Source: Octopus vulgaris
Lineage: Eukaryota
Direction of reading: 5' to 3'
NCBI GenBank assembly: GCA_951406725.2
Contig: OX597840.1
Span: 27,466,001 to 27,530,000, forward strand
DNA: 64,000 bases
Position 1 is the stretch's first letter. Every line of letters starts with the position of its first letter. Position numbers and translations under genes: made by a program. Shown one piece after another: positions 39,355-53,829 of the stretch. The notes below the pieces were generated by a model that ran no database searches, was not told where the DNA came from, and worked only from the letters and a program-made list of their open reading frames with translations.

Positions 39355-40030
39355 CAAACAAAGTCAACCTCGGTGGTATTCGAACTCAGAACGTAGCGGC
39401 GGGCGAAATACCTATTTCTTTACTACCCACAAGTGGCTAAACATAGGACAGACAAACGGATTAAGTCGATTACATCGACCCCAGTGCGTAACTGGTACTT
39501 ATTTAATCGACCTCGAAAGGATGAAAGGTAAAGTCGACTTCGGTGGAATTTGAACTCAGAACGTAACGGCAGACGAAATACTGCTAAGCATTTCACCCGG
39601 CGTGCTAACGATTCTTATTTCTTTGCTACCCACAAGGGGCTAAACGCAGAGAGGACAAACAAGGACAGGCAAACGGATTAAGTCGATTACATCGACCCCA
39701 GTGCGTAACTGGTACTTAATTTATCGACCCCGAAAGGATGAAAGGCAAAGTCGACCTCGACGGAATTTGAACTCAAAACGTAAGGGTTGACGAAATACCT
39801 ATTTCTTTACTACCCACAAGGGGCTAAACAAAGAGAGGACAAACAAGGACAGACAAACGGATTAAGTCGATTATATCGACTCCAGTGCGGAACTAGTACT
39901 TATTTAATCGACCCCGAAAGGATGAAAGGCAAAGTCGACCTCGGCGGAATTTGAACTCAGAACGTAACCGCAGACGAAATACCACTAAGCGTTTCGTCCA
40001 GCGTGCTAACGATTCTGCCAGCTCGTCACC
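39355..40030 (-). mobile_element. SINE family D tandem array (~4 units); family B fragment at 39140-39300
   Basis: Repeated CGAAAGGATGAAAGGCAAAGTCGACCTCGGCGGAATTTGAACTCAGAACG. Confidence 0.88.
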
Positions 40031-40080
40031 TTCCACACAACTAAAATACTGAATTTACATGTAAAGCGATATTCACGAAA

Positions 40081-40486
40081 TCTTTATATATAAAAGGGAA
40101 GTTGTGTTTCTGCCTCCTACGATTTAGATTCCTAACTACTCCCACATTTTGCGGTGCAGTTTAACCAAAACCGGATATCTTATAGTCGTGATTCATATCG
40201 AGCAGCTCTTCTGGGTATTAGCGCGCGTCTACGATGAGTCTACGATTGAAAAAGAAAAATTACCATAATTTTTTCCATTTTAATGCATTTTCTTCGCTAT
40301 TATATAAGGGAAGTAACTCTCTAAAAATGTCTACGATGAGTCAACGATTAAAAAAAAATTTACCATAATTTAATTTTTTTTCCATTTTTAATGCATGTTT
40401 TTGCTATTTTTTGGCTATAACTCTCTAAAAATGCTTATATAGTTATTTCCCTTACAAACCCGAGCAACGCCGGGCGATACTGCTAG
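40081..40486 (+). mobile_element. Non-autonomous Helitron family H1, complete
   Basis: A|TC...hairpin...CTAG|T, canonical AT target without TSD. Confidence 0.9.
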
Positions 40487-41365
40487 TGATAAGTAAATGC
40501 TATCCATTACAAGGTGTTTCATAATGATGGCAGACATTTTGCATACAAATAACTGGGACCAAATCTAGCTCCAGGCGAGTGTGCGCCATCTTGCAAACAA
40601 CAAATTAAAAGTGTCCCATTATTTTGGGACAGTCTGTATTTGATTTTCATAAATTAAATCAATTCCTTTCCGTACAATTTTTGTAAATCAATCACCGATC
40701 ACTAATCGTTAACACACATATATTCCCACAGGATTAAGATGTAACAGTAGTTACGACTCAATGCCTGCAGCGTTGCAGGGACTGGGATGGGTGGTTGTTT
40801 GTTATCAGTGTGGTGCGATTATGCTGTTAGGACATAAAACTTTAAAGCAATACCAAAGAGCATAAAGCATTAATGGGACGACACATCGGACCTAAAGGGA
40901 TTCAAAACATGATAAATTCTTCATGAAAATCTCGGTGGAACTAAGGTTGGTCGGAATAATTAAATATGGATGACAACCAACTCAGTAATTATGGGATTAA
41001 TTGTCACGGGAGTTTATTGATTTTTGTAGTTCAATTTTTACGTAGAGTGAAGATTTTACGAACCACAGTTTTGACTCGTCTGTAGGAATGCGATTTGAAC
41101 AATGGTAGATACCAGAAAGACCGGCCGAATATACAAGCTGGTAGAATAGGTTCTTACAAACAGACATTATCCAATAAGTCAGTCTATTTCTAATACATAT
41201 GATAAATATAAGGAACGGTCAAAACCACCTGGAACATGTCTACGAATACATATCGAGTTAAGCGGATCGTTTTACGATAAACTGGTTACCTATTATTATA
41301 GAGGGAAGACATTTTAAACGCAAGTAACTATGGAGCGAAATAGAACTAGGCGATTACCCACGATC

Positions 41366-41423
<58 letters not shown>

Positions 41424-41567
41424 GTGTGTCTGTCTGTGTGTGAGCTCCTGTGGAGATGTATATATATATAAGCATATACATACATGTATGTGTAATATAT
41501 GTATGTATGTATGAATATATATAAAACCTAATAGTGGTTTAATCTCTAATTTTATATAAATATATAT

Positions 41568-41603
<36 letters not shown>

Positions 41604-42179
41604 GTATGTATTTATGCATATATGTATATACACACGCTAGGATACAATGAGTCAAACTCTGCAAGGAGCAGACAGCCACCACACACACACACACATATAA
41701 ATCCTCTCTTTCAAAGACTCATACCTCGAAACCGGTGGGAGAGAGACCATAATATATATATATATATGCACACACGCATGCATATATATACACACACATA
41801 CATACATACATACATACATACATACATACATACATACATACATACATACATACACACATGCTATGGGAACCAAAAGTGTTCTCCAAATTGCCATTTCCTC
41901 AGAGATTTCATCAATCCTTGCCTCAAAACATCAGGACCAAACATCTCAACGAGTACACATCGACTGCACCTGACCATTTAACAATAAAAAAATAAAATGG
42001 CGTCCCGTTGTTATTGATGCGTTTTTTTTTTTGATTCCCATTTGTTCATAGAGTGAATCAATTCAACTATTAACCACATTTTAAATTTAATCCTTGACCA
42101 TATGTCAGTAATACGAATGTTTTCTGTGGATAACGACTAACGGGTTACATAATTTTCAACAGCATGGTTTTCGCCGATC

Positions 42180-42360
42180 GAACATTGGCAACAATTTGAA
42201 GAATTACTTGAAACAATTATATGCGACAATGGAACTAGATTTATGTCGTTTAAATTGAAAAGCATTTTGCGATCAAATGAGTTTTCAGCATTTGATGCCA
42301 GTTGTTTTCCATTCAACTTAAAACGGTGAAGCGGAGCGTTTTTTAGGTTCAAAGATTTCG
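42180..42360 (+). mobile_element. Gypsy-like integrase (rve) relic
   Basis: LETIICDNGTRFMS / FCDQMSFQHL..VFHS..NGEAERF across frameshifts, resembling PETIVSDNGTQF...HPQSNGQAERF. Confidence 0.55.
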
Positions 42361-42522
42361 AGCCGAAAATTCTAAACGCATGGCGTGAAAAACGTTCATT
42401 GGTGGATGCCGAATCGATAATTTAAAAAAACAGAAAAATTTGCTATATATTTTTTGTGCTTCATTCGAGATTGCGAAACGGTGTGAGATGAACACATACA
42501 CAAACAGACAGACAGACAGACA

Positions 42523-42570
<48 letters not shown>

Positions 42571-42659
42571 TGCACATACATGTGTATATGAACATACTTG
42601 ATAAGTAACATGAACGAAACCATTCTGCCACTTTAGCAGGTTTCTGCCGATTAAAGACA

Positions 42660-43458
42660 AGAAGAAGAAGAAGAAGATGAAGAGGAGGAGGAGGAGGAGG
42701 AAGAAGAAAAGTAAGAAGAAGAAGAAGAAGAAAGGAGGAGGAGGAGAGGAAGAAGAAGGAGAAGGTGGAGGAGGAGGAGGAGAAGAAGAAGAAGAAGAAG
42801 AAGAAGGAGAAGGAGAAGGAGGAGGAGGAGAAGAAGAAGAAGAAGAAGAAGGAGGAGGAGGAGGAGGAGAAGAAGAAGGAGAAGGAGGAGGGGGAGAGAA
42901 GAAGAAGAAGAAGAAGAAGAAGAAGGAGAAGGAGGAGGAGAAGAAGAAGAAGGAGAAGGAGAAGGAGGAGAAGAAGAAGAAGAAGGAGGAGGAGAAGAAG
43001 AAGAAGAAGAGGAGGAAAAGGAGGAGGAGAAGAAGAAGAAGGAGGAGGAGAAGGAGGAGAAGGAGGAGAAGAAGAAGAAGAAGAAGAAGGAGGAGAAGAA
43101 GAAGAAGAAGAAGAAGAGGAGGAGTAGGAGGAGGAGAAGAAGAAGAAAGAGAAGAAGGAGGAGAAGGAGGAGAAGAAGAAGAAGGAGAAGAAGAAGAAGA
43201 AGAAGGAGGAGGAGGAGGAGAAGGAGAAGGAGAAGAAGAAGGAGGAGAAGAAGAAGAAGAATAAGAAGAAGAAGAAGAAGAAAAAGTGGAGGAGGAGGAG
43301 AAGAATAAGAAGAAGAAGAAGAAGGAGGAGGAGGAAGAGGAGGAGGAGGAGGAGGAGAAGAAGAAGAAGAAGAAGAAGAAGAAGAAGAAGAAGAAGAAGA
43401 AGAAGAAGAAGAAGAAGAAGAAGAAGAAGAAGAAGAAGAAGAAGGAGAAGAAGAAGAA
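42660..43458. repeat. (GAA)n/(GGA)n polypurine tract
   Basis: Direct. Confidence 0.97.
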
Positions 43459-43459
43459 T

Positions 43460-43729
43460 ATCTAGCACCTGTCGACTTCCCTTCTGTTTCCCGGGATGAA
43501 AATGCTGCTCCAAAGGTCGCCGTTTTAACACCGCTGTCGAGATCCAGAAGGAATCGCAGAAGGTTCTCGAATCACTTACGGAAAAACGGCTTCCAGGCCG
43601 GATTCCAAAAATGGCAGGAATATTGAAACGGGTGTAGTGCTGCGCAAGGAGATGATTTTAAAACTTAGGTAAATAAATTACTTTTTATGTAGCATAATTA
43701 GTCCGGCAACTTCCTGATGCGACCTCGTA
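43460..43729 (+). mobile_element. mariner transposase 3' relic with right TIR
   Basis: LAPVDF.LFP.MK...GRRF...FQAGFQKWQE...AQGD; ends GACCTCG|TA. Confidence 0.75.
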
Positions 43730-43740
43730 TATAGAATATA

Positions 43741-43933
43741 TCTCTTTTACTTGTTTCAAGTCATTTGACTGTGGCCATGCTGCAGCACCGCCTTTAGTCG
43801 AGCAAATCGACTCCAGGAGCTATTCTTTGTAAGCCTAGTACTTATTCTATCGGGCTCTTTTGCCGAACTGCTAAGTTATGGGGACGTAAACACACCAGCA
43901 TCGGTTGTCAAGCGATGTTGGTGGGGAGAAACT

Positions 43934-43970
<37 letters not shown>

Positions 43971-43982
43971 ACAAACACAAAC

Positions 43983-44027
<45 letters not shown>

Positions 44028-44198
44028 CATATGTACGACAAGCTTCTTCCAGTTTCCGTCTACTAAATCCACTCACAAGGCTTTGGTCGGCCCGTGGCTA
44101 TAGTAGAAGAGACTTGCCTAAGGTGCCACGCAGTGGGACTGAACCCGGAACCATGTGGTCGGTAAACAATCTACTTACCACACAGCCACTCCTACACC
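43741..44198 (-). mobile_element. SINE family A
   Basis: Reverse match to 1089-1503. Confidence 0.88.
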
Positions 44199-45097
44199 TA
44201 TAATAATAATAAATCTATACAGTTATTATTATATAGTATATAGAGAGTATATAAACGTTAATATTACAACGCATTAATCGTAATGTATCATTTATAAAGC
44301 TGAAATATTACTCGAAAAGTATGACGTGCTGCAGATATTTTTTCATCTTAGCAACGGGGAGAAAAAGACAAGCAGAATATTAAATGATTAATATAAAGAT
44401 ATTATGATTATTTAATGTATAGATGTAACATTTAATATTTGTGATAATATCATAAATAGATGAGATATTATGATTGAAAGATATTGAAAATATCAGTTAA
44501 GAAAAATCTATTGAATAACTTGATGTTCGTATGAAGTATTGTTATATTCTTTTCTTCTGTAGGCACAAGGCCCGAAATTGTTGGGGATGGGACCAGTTGA
44601 TTATATCGGCGCCAGTACGTGACTGGTACTTAATTTATCGACCCCGAAAGAATGAAAGGCAAGGTCGACCTCAAATTCGGGGCATCAAATTGGGGGTTCA
44701 TTATAAAGGCAGTGTTCAACAAATAGCGATGAATAGTTACGGAAATAAATAGTGGAAAAATAATAAAAAGCACGAAGATGAGGTAAAAATTACAATGCAT
44801 TAGATTTACGCTGAGGAAAAATAGAAAGAAAAGTCTGTTACGTTTTGAGCATACAATCTTCTACAGAAAGATTGGATGAGGAGAGAAAAAAAATAGGAGA
44901 TAAGAACAAATGTGTCTCTATTAGACGGTCACCGTCGGAATGACTGGAAGAAGAAGAAGAGGCGACTAGAAGCATGAGTGGGAAGGATTAGCAGCACGTG
45001 CGAAACTGGTACTTAATTTATCGACCCCGAAAGGATGAAAGGCAAAGTCGACCTCAGCGGAATTTGAACTCAGAACGTAAAGTTAGACGAAATGCAT

Positions 45098-45258
<161 letters not shown>

Positions 45259-45281
45259 TATATATAAATATACATACATAA

Positions 45282-45485
45282 AGTTAATCCAAACATGAAA
45301 GCACAACAAAAAACACAACGTGAGGACGTGGAACAAATATAGTATTATTGGACGCTCAGGAAGGAAAGAAAGAAGGAGGATTTAACGTTTCGAGCGGAGC
45401 TCTTCGTCAGAAACATAGGAAAAGGAAAGATCCAAAGAAGGGAAGACAGAGAAAAAAAATCGCTAGTGATACAGACGAGGTCACA
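45282..45485 (-). mobile_element. Penelope-LTR-like repeat between (TA)n tracts with intact minimal hammerhead (45380-45414)
   Basis: GTTT-CTGACGA-A-GAGC tcc GCTC-GAAA-CG-TT-AAAT; paralog at 7361-7568. Confidence 0.75.
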
Positions 45486-45486
45486 T

Positions 45487-45545
<59 letters not shown>

Positions 45546-46296
45546 GATTGGCTGTTTCAGTCTCCGTCTACCAAATCCACTGAGAAGTCACTTGGTCAGC
45601 CTGACGCTATAGTAGAAAACACTTGCCCAAGGTGCCACGCAGTGGGACTGAACCCGGAACCATGTGGTTGGGAAGCAAGAAAGAAATGGTAGCACATTGT
45701 GATCAGCGACACATCACTCCTTGGTGACGAATCTTCACAACAGCAATTGTCAAAAGCCATTCAGTTTACTGGCAAATCTAAAGATATCACCATTATTATA
45801 AAGATGCGCTGTTTGATATACAAGATACAGCGGCTAATAGATCAGATGTAACGTTTAATATACAAGATAATACGATAATACGATAAATATATAAATTTAT
45901 AAATCACTGAATTAATGGCCGCCCGTGTGACTTAATGTTATCTTAAATTATTAATATCTGTCAAGAGAAAGGACACTGAAACAGTTAATTATTTTCATAA
46001 GGTCTTTAGCAGTTGCTGCGTAACATAAATCTGTTGATATAACAAGACATTCTTAGAGACGGTGTTCGGTAAAAGATCTTTGCGATATTTCTACTGTAAA
46101 TATTAAGAGTTAGAAGTAGGATGTGAAGAAATACCTGGAAGCTATGATATTGTTTATAATAAATATAAAACCACGTCAATTGTATGACGTCAATGTCATG
46201 TGATTAAATATTAGAAAAGAGATGATGTCATCAGTTACAAATACACAGGTGCATCCCTCTCTCCGTTCCTCTCACTCTCTCCTTCATACACTCACT

Positions 46297-46331
<35 letters not shown>

Positions 46332-46379
46332 TATAAATTTTGCATATACAATGAATGTGCATACATACCTCTGTATATA

Positions 46380-46895
46380 CACAGAGGGGACAAACAAGGA
46401 CAGACAAACGAATTTAAGTCGATTATATCGACACCAGTGCGTAACTGGTACTTAATTTATCGACCCCGAAAGGATGAAAGGCAAAGTCGACCTCGGCAGA
46501 ATTTGAACTCAGAACGTAATGGCAGACGAAATACCGCAAAGCATTTCGCCCGGCGTGCTAACGTTTCTATTTCTTTACTACCCACAAGGGGCTAAACACA
46601 GAGAGGACAAACAAGGACAGACAAACGGATTAAGTCGATTACGTCGACCTCAGTGCGCAACTGGTACTTAATTTATCGACCCCGAAAGGATGAAAGGCAA
46701 AGTCGACCTCGGCAGAATTTGAACTCAGAACGTAACGGCTGACGAAATACCGCAAAGCATTGCACCCGGCATGCTAACGTTTTTTATTTCTTTATTGCCC
46801 ACAAGAGCAGAATTTGAACTCAGAACGTAACGGCAGACGAAATACGGCTACGCATTTCGTCCGGCGTGCTAACGTTTCTGCTAGCTCGCCGCCTT
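46380..46895 (-). mobile_element. SINE family D tandem array
   Basis: As 39355-40030. Confidence 0.88.
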
Positions 46896-46932
46896 TACCT
46901 CTGTATATACATGCTTATACGTAAATATCAAA

Positions 46933-47050
46933 TACGTGGTCTGATCAATAATTATCCGGACTGTAGCCATAGTAACGAAGCTAATGCACGGAGAGTAAAG
47001 ACGCTTGGCACGCATTGACCTTGAACTCTGCTACGTATGTGCACTAAGTT
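46933..47050 (+). mobile_element. Probable mariner-type left end
   Basis: TA|CGTGGTCTGATCAATAATTATCCGGACT resembles the reverse complement of the TIR ending at 43729. Confidence 0.45.
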
Positions 47051-47081
47051 TATATAAATAAATAAATGGAGTTTAACGCAG

Positions 47082-47382
47082 GTATGAATCAAATACTTTT
47101 ACTTCTGACACATGTTTCGAAGATTTCACCGATATTATTCAAAAGAATAAATGGTATAATACAATGCAATATTCTCTTCAGGGAAGTGAAAAAACAAAAC
47201 TCATCAATAAGACATCATAATGTCTTATTGACGAGTCGGTGTCTGTTATAATGTCTTATTGACGAATTTCGTTTTTTCACTTCCCTGAAGAGAAGATTGC
47301 CTTGTTTTATACCATTTAATCTTTTGAATGATATCGGTGAAATCTTCGAAACATGTGTCGGAAGTTAAAGTATTTGATTCAT
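47082..47382. repeat. Imperfect foldback (arms ~130 bp) with hammerhead in each arm
   Basis: Left arm 47082-47215 is the reverse complement of 47250-47382 with scattered mismatches. Confidence 0.9.
47279..47365 (+). ncRNA. Type I hammerhead ribozyme, canonical
   Basis: ACTTCC-CTGAAGA-GAAGATT...AATCTTC-GAAA-CATGTG-TC-GGAAGT: 6-bp stem I, 7-bp stem II, GUC triplet. Confidence 0.88.
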
Positions 47383-47765
47383 ACACTTGTATTTGATTTA
47401 TTTATCATATAACATGGAGATACAAGCTACCAAAAGTCATCAGTGAAAAATCCGAAAAACAATTTTTAACTGAAGCTGGTATAATATTACACTTGTATGC
47501 ATACATACATATGAGCACCAATATGTGTGTGTGTGTGTGTATTGTGTGTATGTGTGAGTATATGTGCATATGTGTTTGTGAGCAAATATATGCACCCACG
47601 TATATATGTATGCGTACACACACACACATAAATCTATATCTATAATCTATATATATATATATATAAATATATATATGCATACGTATATATATGTATATAT
47701 ATAAATATATATATGCATACGTATATATATGTATATATATAAATATATATATGCATACGTATATG

Positions 47766-47802
<37 letters not shown>

Positions 47803-47808
47803 TTATAC

Positions 47809-47870
<62 letters not shown>

Positions 47871-48001
47871 GCATATGTATATATATATGTACATATGTAT
47901 GAATATATATACATATACATATACACATACTTATATACATATATATGCACACACACACACACATATATATATATACATATACATATGTACATACATATAC
48001 A

Positions 48002-48116
<115 letters not shown>

Positions 48117-48525
48117 GAAATGAAATTACAGTTTCGCCGACCAAGCGTAAAATTAAACATGATCGTTAATATGCCTGACTTAATATCCGGTCGGTGCGCT
48201 GACAGAAACACTTCCAAACGTAACTCCGTTATTAGTAAGCTTTTACCTATTCGACCGATAAGCAATGTGACGTATTGAAATAATGAAGTGGAGTCCAGGT
48301 TTATTATCATTAGTAACATAATGAGTATTTATGTACACTAATGAACAGAGAATTATATATACGTAAGGTGGAATTAACCAAACATGCAGCAATTGAACGA
48401 AAAGTATATGCAAATAATTAAATAGAATAATCATAATTATTAGGTTTAAGCACGAGGGGCGTTCAAGAAGATTTGAAACTTTTGGGGCGGGGAGAAATAG
48501 TTATGACTGTCTGAGGTTGTCGTAA

Positions 48526-48980
48526 TCTATATATATAAAGCTGAAGTTGTCTGTGTGTGTGTGGCTGGTTTGGTAGCCTTCAACTAACACTATCTCCTCC
48601 GAGACCCTGTGGTGCAAGTTGATCAAAATTGAGAGTGTGATAGAAGAAGGCTTGCTCTTCCTTCCGTAGAAGAAAAAATTCAAATCGGACCATGTTAACA
48701 CCAAACATTATCTACATCAAAAAGGTGCTTTTTTTATTGTTATATATAAAGCTGAAGTTTTCTGTGTGTGTGGCAGGTTTGGTAGTCTTCAACTAACACT
48801 ATCTCCTCCGAGACCCTGCAGCGCAAGTTGACCAAAATTGAGAGTATGATAGAAGAAGACTTGCTCTTCCTTCCGTAGAAGAAAACATTCAAATCGGACC
48901 ATGTTAACACCAAAAATTATTGACACCAAAAAGGTGCATTTTTTCTATGAAAATCCCCATTTTTTACGATTTTTTTACTG
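48526..48980 (+). mobile_element. Helitron family H2, two tandem 5' portions, 3'-truncated
   Basis: A|TCTATATATATAAAGCTGAAGTTG; homologous to 12618-13010. Confidence 0.75.
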
Positions 48981-48984
48981 TTCC

Positions 48985-49617
48985 TTCTGACACATGGAGA
49001 GTCTGCACATAACCACCAGTCTTTCCTTCTGTTAATTCTTTTTTTATCTTGGTCGAAGTTTTTCTCGTTCGAGAAAAACTGAATCAAATCTTCCACTAGA
49101 TTTTTCAGTTTGTTTAAGAGCCTTTTAGATCTAATGAAGTGATTTTCTTTTGTTTTTTCTGACAAATTGACCTCACCTCATCATATAAGACTTGTCTTCG
49201 TAAACAACATTTCTGACTGTTCCTTCTGACAGATGGAGATCTTCTGCAATTGACCTCATGGACTTTCTGGGATTGTAATCAATGGTTTGTTGAACTTGCT
49301 GGATAAATTCAAGAGTTCTGATGATTTCAGAGCGTCTAGAATGCTTTTTATGCCTTGATACTGGTGATACATTTCCTTCTTCTGTCTTTAGCTCCTTACA
49401 AACTTTGTAGACGAAAGATTTAGCAACTTTTAAAAATCGAGATATTTCTAAATCGCTACGCTCAGCCTCATAACCACAATAACAGCATACCTCTTCATTT
49501 CTTGGGTAAGCTGAGGGTCTGCCATTATTATTTTCTGTAAACAAAGATTAGAAAGATTATTAGGAAAAAATGCCACAATGACCCCAAAAAGGTATGTCCT
49601 CAAATACCTTACGCACC

Positions 49618-49620
<3 letters not shown>
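48985..49620 (-). mobile_element. maT/Tc1-mariner transposase pseudogene, 5' half with left TIR
   Basis: HTH EISRFLKVAKSFVYKV; NPRKSMRSIAEDLHLSEGTVRNVV; FFSNEKNFDQD..INRRKDWWLC; begins TA|CAGGGTG. Confidence 0.85.
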
Positions 49621-49677
<57 letters not shown>

Positions 49678-50075
49678 GGGCTTCTTTCAGTTTCAGTCTA
49701 CCAAATCCACTCACAAGGCCTTGGTCTGTCCAAGGCTATAGTAGCAGACACTTGCCCAAGGTGCCACGCAGTGGGACTGAATCCAGAACCATGTGGTTGG
49801 TAAGCAAGTTTCTTACCACACAACCACGCCTGTATGTATATTTGTCATTATTCAGTTTTATTTCAAGAGCCGGTTTCTAACCTAGATCTAAGATTCCTTC
49901 ATTGGAATCTCAGCAAGATCATCAGACCACTTTTTGAATATACGTATGTATATGAGATAGTATTTAGAGTTACTGTTAGTGCAGATTTGTATGTTTAGTT
50001 TTATGCATGTATTCTCATAAATTTATAGCTGCATGCCTTAGACATGCACGCATGTCGGTGTATGTATATGTGCGT

Positions 50076-50194
<119 letters not shown>

Positions 50195-50248
50195 CGTATA
50201 TATATACATATATATATTTGTGTTGTACATATTTTATATATATATATG

Positions 50249-50367
<119 letters not shown>

Positions 50368-50368
50368 C

Positions 50369-50551
<183 letters not shown>

Positions 50552-51174
50552 CTTACATATATATATATATATATTAAATTCAAATAACGATGAACGTAAA
50601 CAAAACAAACGAAGTTTGCTTTAGAAGCGTTGGATATTTAACCCAAGACATCATGAAGTAGGATCGAAATGGGGATTGAGAAACAAACTTCTTATTCATT
50701 CGACTATATAATTTTTTCTCGTAAACTACTGCGTACGGTGCCCCACCATGAACACAAATTACAATCTCACTTATTTATTAAACAGTATTTGGAAATTAGA
50801 AATATTAAATTTCTAACCGTCTCAGAGACACGATTCCGAAAATCTGAGAGATATGTACGAAGGGAAATTACTCTGTAGAAAGCAAGATGAAATTCTCTCC
50901 CTTGTTTACTCGATTTTTTTTTTTTTTTCAATTATAAGATCTCTAGTGACGTGTTATTGTTTAATAGTTTTACATTGATTTCAGCAATCAATGGACAGGT
51001 AAATGAGAAGGCCGCTTCGTGGCTGCCTGAATGGTTAAAAATAGCAGCATAATCTTACTCAAATCGGATTCTGTTATGTTAATGGAATTTCAACATTCAG
51101 CAAAAGTATCCATGATTTCGACGGGGTGGTCATGAGTTTGGCTTTGTATTTTGTTTACTACAGTACTAACAACG

Positions 51175-51227
<53 letters not shown>

Positions 51228-51315
51228 CCTTCCCGTTATCTCTCCCTCCTGTTTCTCTCTCTTTCTCTCTGTCTCTCAGTATGTATATCAGCACGCCTAC
51301 GTATCTTTTCTCTTT

Positions 51316-51901
51316 CTCTTTTACTTGTTTCAGTCATTTTGACTGCGGCCATGCTGGAGCACTGCCTTTAATCGAGCAACTCGACCCCGGGACTTATTCT
51401 TTCTGTAAGCCCAGTACTTACTCTATCGGTCTCTTTTTGCCGAACCGCTAAGTAACGGGGACGTAAGCACACCAGCATCGGTTGTCAAGCAATGCTAGGG
51501 GGACAAACACAGACACACAAACACACACACATACATATATATATATACATATATGTACGACGGGCTTCTTTCAGTTTCCGTCTACCAAATCCACCCACAA
51601 AGCTTTGGTCGGCACAAGGCTATAGTAGAAGACACTTGCCAAGGTGCCACGCAGTGGGACTGAACACGGAACCACGTGGCTGGTAAGCAAGCTACTTACC
51701 ACACAGCCACTCCTGCGCCTATGTATATACATATATACGACGGGCTTCTTTCAGTTTCCGTCTACCAAATCCACTCACAAGGCATTGGTCGGCCCGATGC
51801 TATAGTAGAAGACACTTGCCCAAGGTGCCACGCAGTGGGACTGAACCCGGAACCATGTGGTTGGTAAACAAGCTACTTACCACACAGCCACTCCTGCGCC
51901 T
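51316..51901 (-). mobile_element. SINE family A, full copy plus tandem head
   Basis: Reverse match to 1089-1503. Confidence 0.9.
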
Positions 51902-51924
51902 ATTGTGTTTGTTTGTTTACGTAT

Positions 51925-52090
51925 GTACAAGGTGGTACCCAAAAGAAACCGGAATTTTGTAATACTATTTAATTCACTTTGCTTTACACGTTTACACTTT
52001 TATCGCCTTCAAAAGTGTTCTCCATTGGAAGCAATGAATCGGTCCGGACGCATTTTCCACGCTTCAAAGCAGTCCTGGAATACTTGCAGC
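51925..52090 (-). mobile_element. mariner 3' end relic
   Basis: FQDCFEAWKMR.DR.IASNGEHFEGDK. Confidence 0.65.
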
Positions 52091-52264
52091 AATTATATTT
52101 GGTTTTGCTGGAGCAACTGTTTTCTCGAAGGCACATATTGTCGTCAACTGCTCGAAATGTGGAGTAGATAAAACAGCCGACAACTGATGAAGGGTCGTTC
52201 TTTACGTTACTTGTCTTGTTTTCCATTTGTTTCTCTCGTTGCATATATATATATATATATACTA

Positions 52265-52523
52265 TATAATTAGGGTTCAGCAACGATCAGCTTCACCACA
52301 CACCGAAGTTTAGAAATAGCAGTCAAAATCCTAGCTATTATTTCTACTTTAAAGGGAGTTCACAGAAAAACCAAAGCCTTTGAAAACAAACCTACGTGGT
52401 TTGTTTTCAAGTGCTTTGGTTTTTCTGGAGTCCCTTTAAAGTAGAAATAATAGCTAGGATTTTGACTGCTATTTCTAAACTTCGGTGTGTGGTGAAGCTG
52501 ATCGTTGCTGAACCCTAATTATA
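52265..52523. mobile_element. MITE-like foldback palindrome (~127-bp arms, 5-nt loop)
   Basis: TATAATTAGGGTTCAGCAACG...AAACC tacgt GGTTT...CGTTGCTGAACCCTAATTATA. Confidence 0.8.
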
Positions 52524-52642
52524 AAGTATTACTTAAACTTACCAAAAAATGGTCTTTTTCATGCCGAATTCTACTTGGTGAAATTACTAATTACTTCTTA
52601 ATTAATTAATTTCACCCTTTGTTATTATATATATATATATAC

Positions 52643-52691
<49 letters not shown>

Positions 52692-52749
52692 GGTATATAT
52701 TTATATATATGCATGTATATATATATTTGTGTGTGTGTGTGTGTGTATG

Positions 52750-52780
<31 letters not shown>

Positions 52781-53070
52781 TGCTTTTATTATTATCATTA
52801 TTAATGCCCCAAAGGGATCACTAAATCAGTTACTTAGTGTTTCACGTTTCCGTTTACACACATACACGCACATATATAGATATATATATATCCACACACA
52901 CATACATACAGGCATACATACATACATACAAACATACATGCATGCATATATACATACATATATACATGCATGCATACATACGTACATACATACTTACATA
53001 CATACACACGCTCCTCGACAGAAGGGATTAAGAGAAAATAAATGGAGAGAGAATGAAAGGAGAAAAAATG

Positions 53071-53130
<60 letters not shown>

Positions 53131-53149
53131 GTATAGGAATAAGGATTCA

Positions 53150-53376
53150 TGTTTCTTTACTACCCACAAGGGGCTAAACACAGAGAGGACAAACAAGGAC
53201 AGACAAACGGACTAAGTCGATTGCATCGACCCCAGTGCGTAACTGGTACTTAATTGATCGACTCCGAAAGGATGAAAGGCAAAGTCGTCCCCGGCAGAAT
53301 TTGAACTCAGAATGTAACGGCAGACGAAATACCGCTACGCATTTCGCCCGGCGTGCTAACGTTGCTGCCAGCTCGC
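53150..53376 (-). mobile_element. SINE family D
   Basis: As 19515-19932. Confidence 0.85.
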
Positions 53377-53424
53377 GTGATGAATTACCCTCTGTGGGTG
53401 TGTGGGTGTGTGTGGGGGTTCCTA

Positions 53425-53478
<54 letters not shown>

Positions 53479-53829
53479 GATCGATCGATCTATCTATCTA
53501 TCTGTATGTATATAGTTGTGTAAGCATATATGTGTGTGAGAGCGGAACATATGTCAACGTTTGTCTATGTGTGCCTTTGTGTATACACATGCTCGTGTGC
53601 ATATGTGTGTGTCCACATGTAGCTGTGTGTTTGTTCGTGCGCGCCTGTCAATGCTCATGCGCGTGTTCACAGCTCACAGATATATCTTTAATATTCTCCC
53701 ACGCCAAGCTATATAAAAGGGCAATTACTTTTAACTGTCTATTTGAATTGTCCCCCTTACATCATTTCGCTCGCAATCCCGCAACTGGCAGTACATTTCA
53801 ATCGTTACACCTTTTATGTCTGTTGCTTC

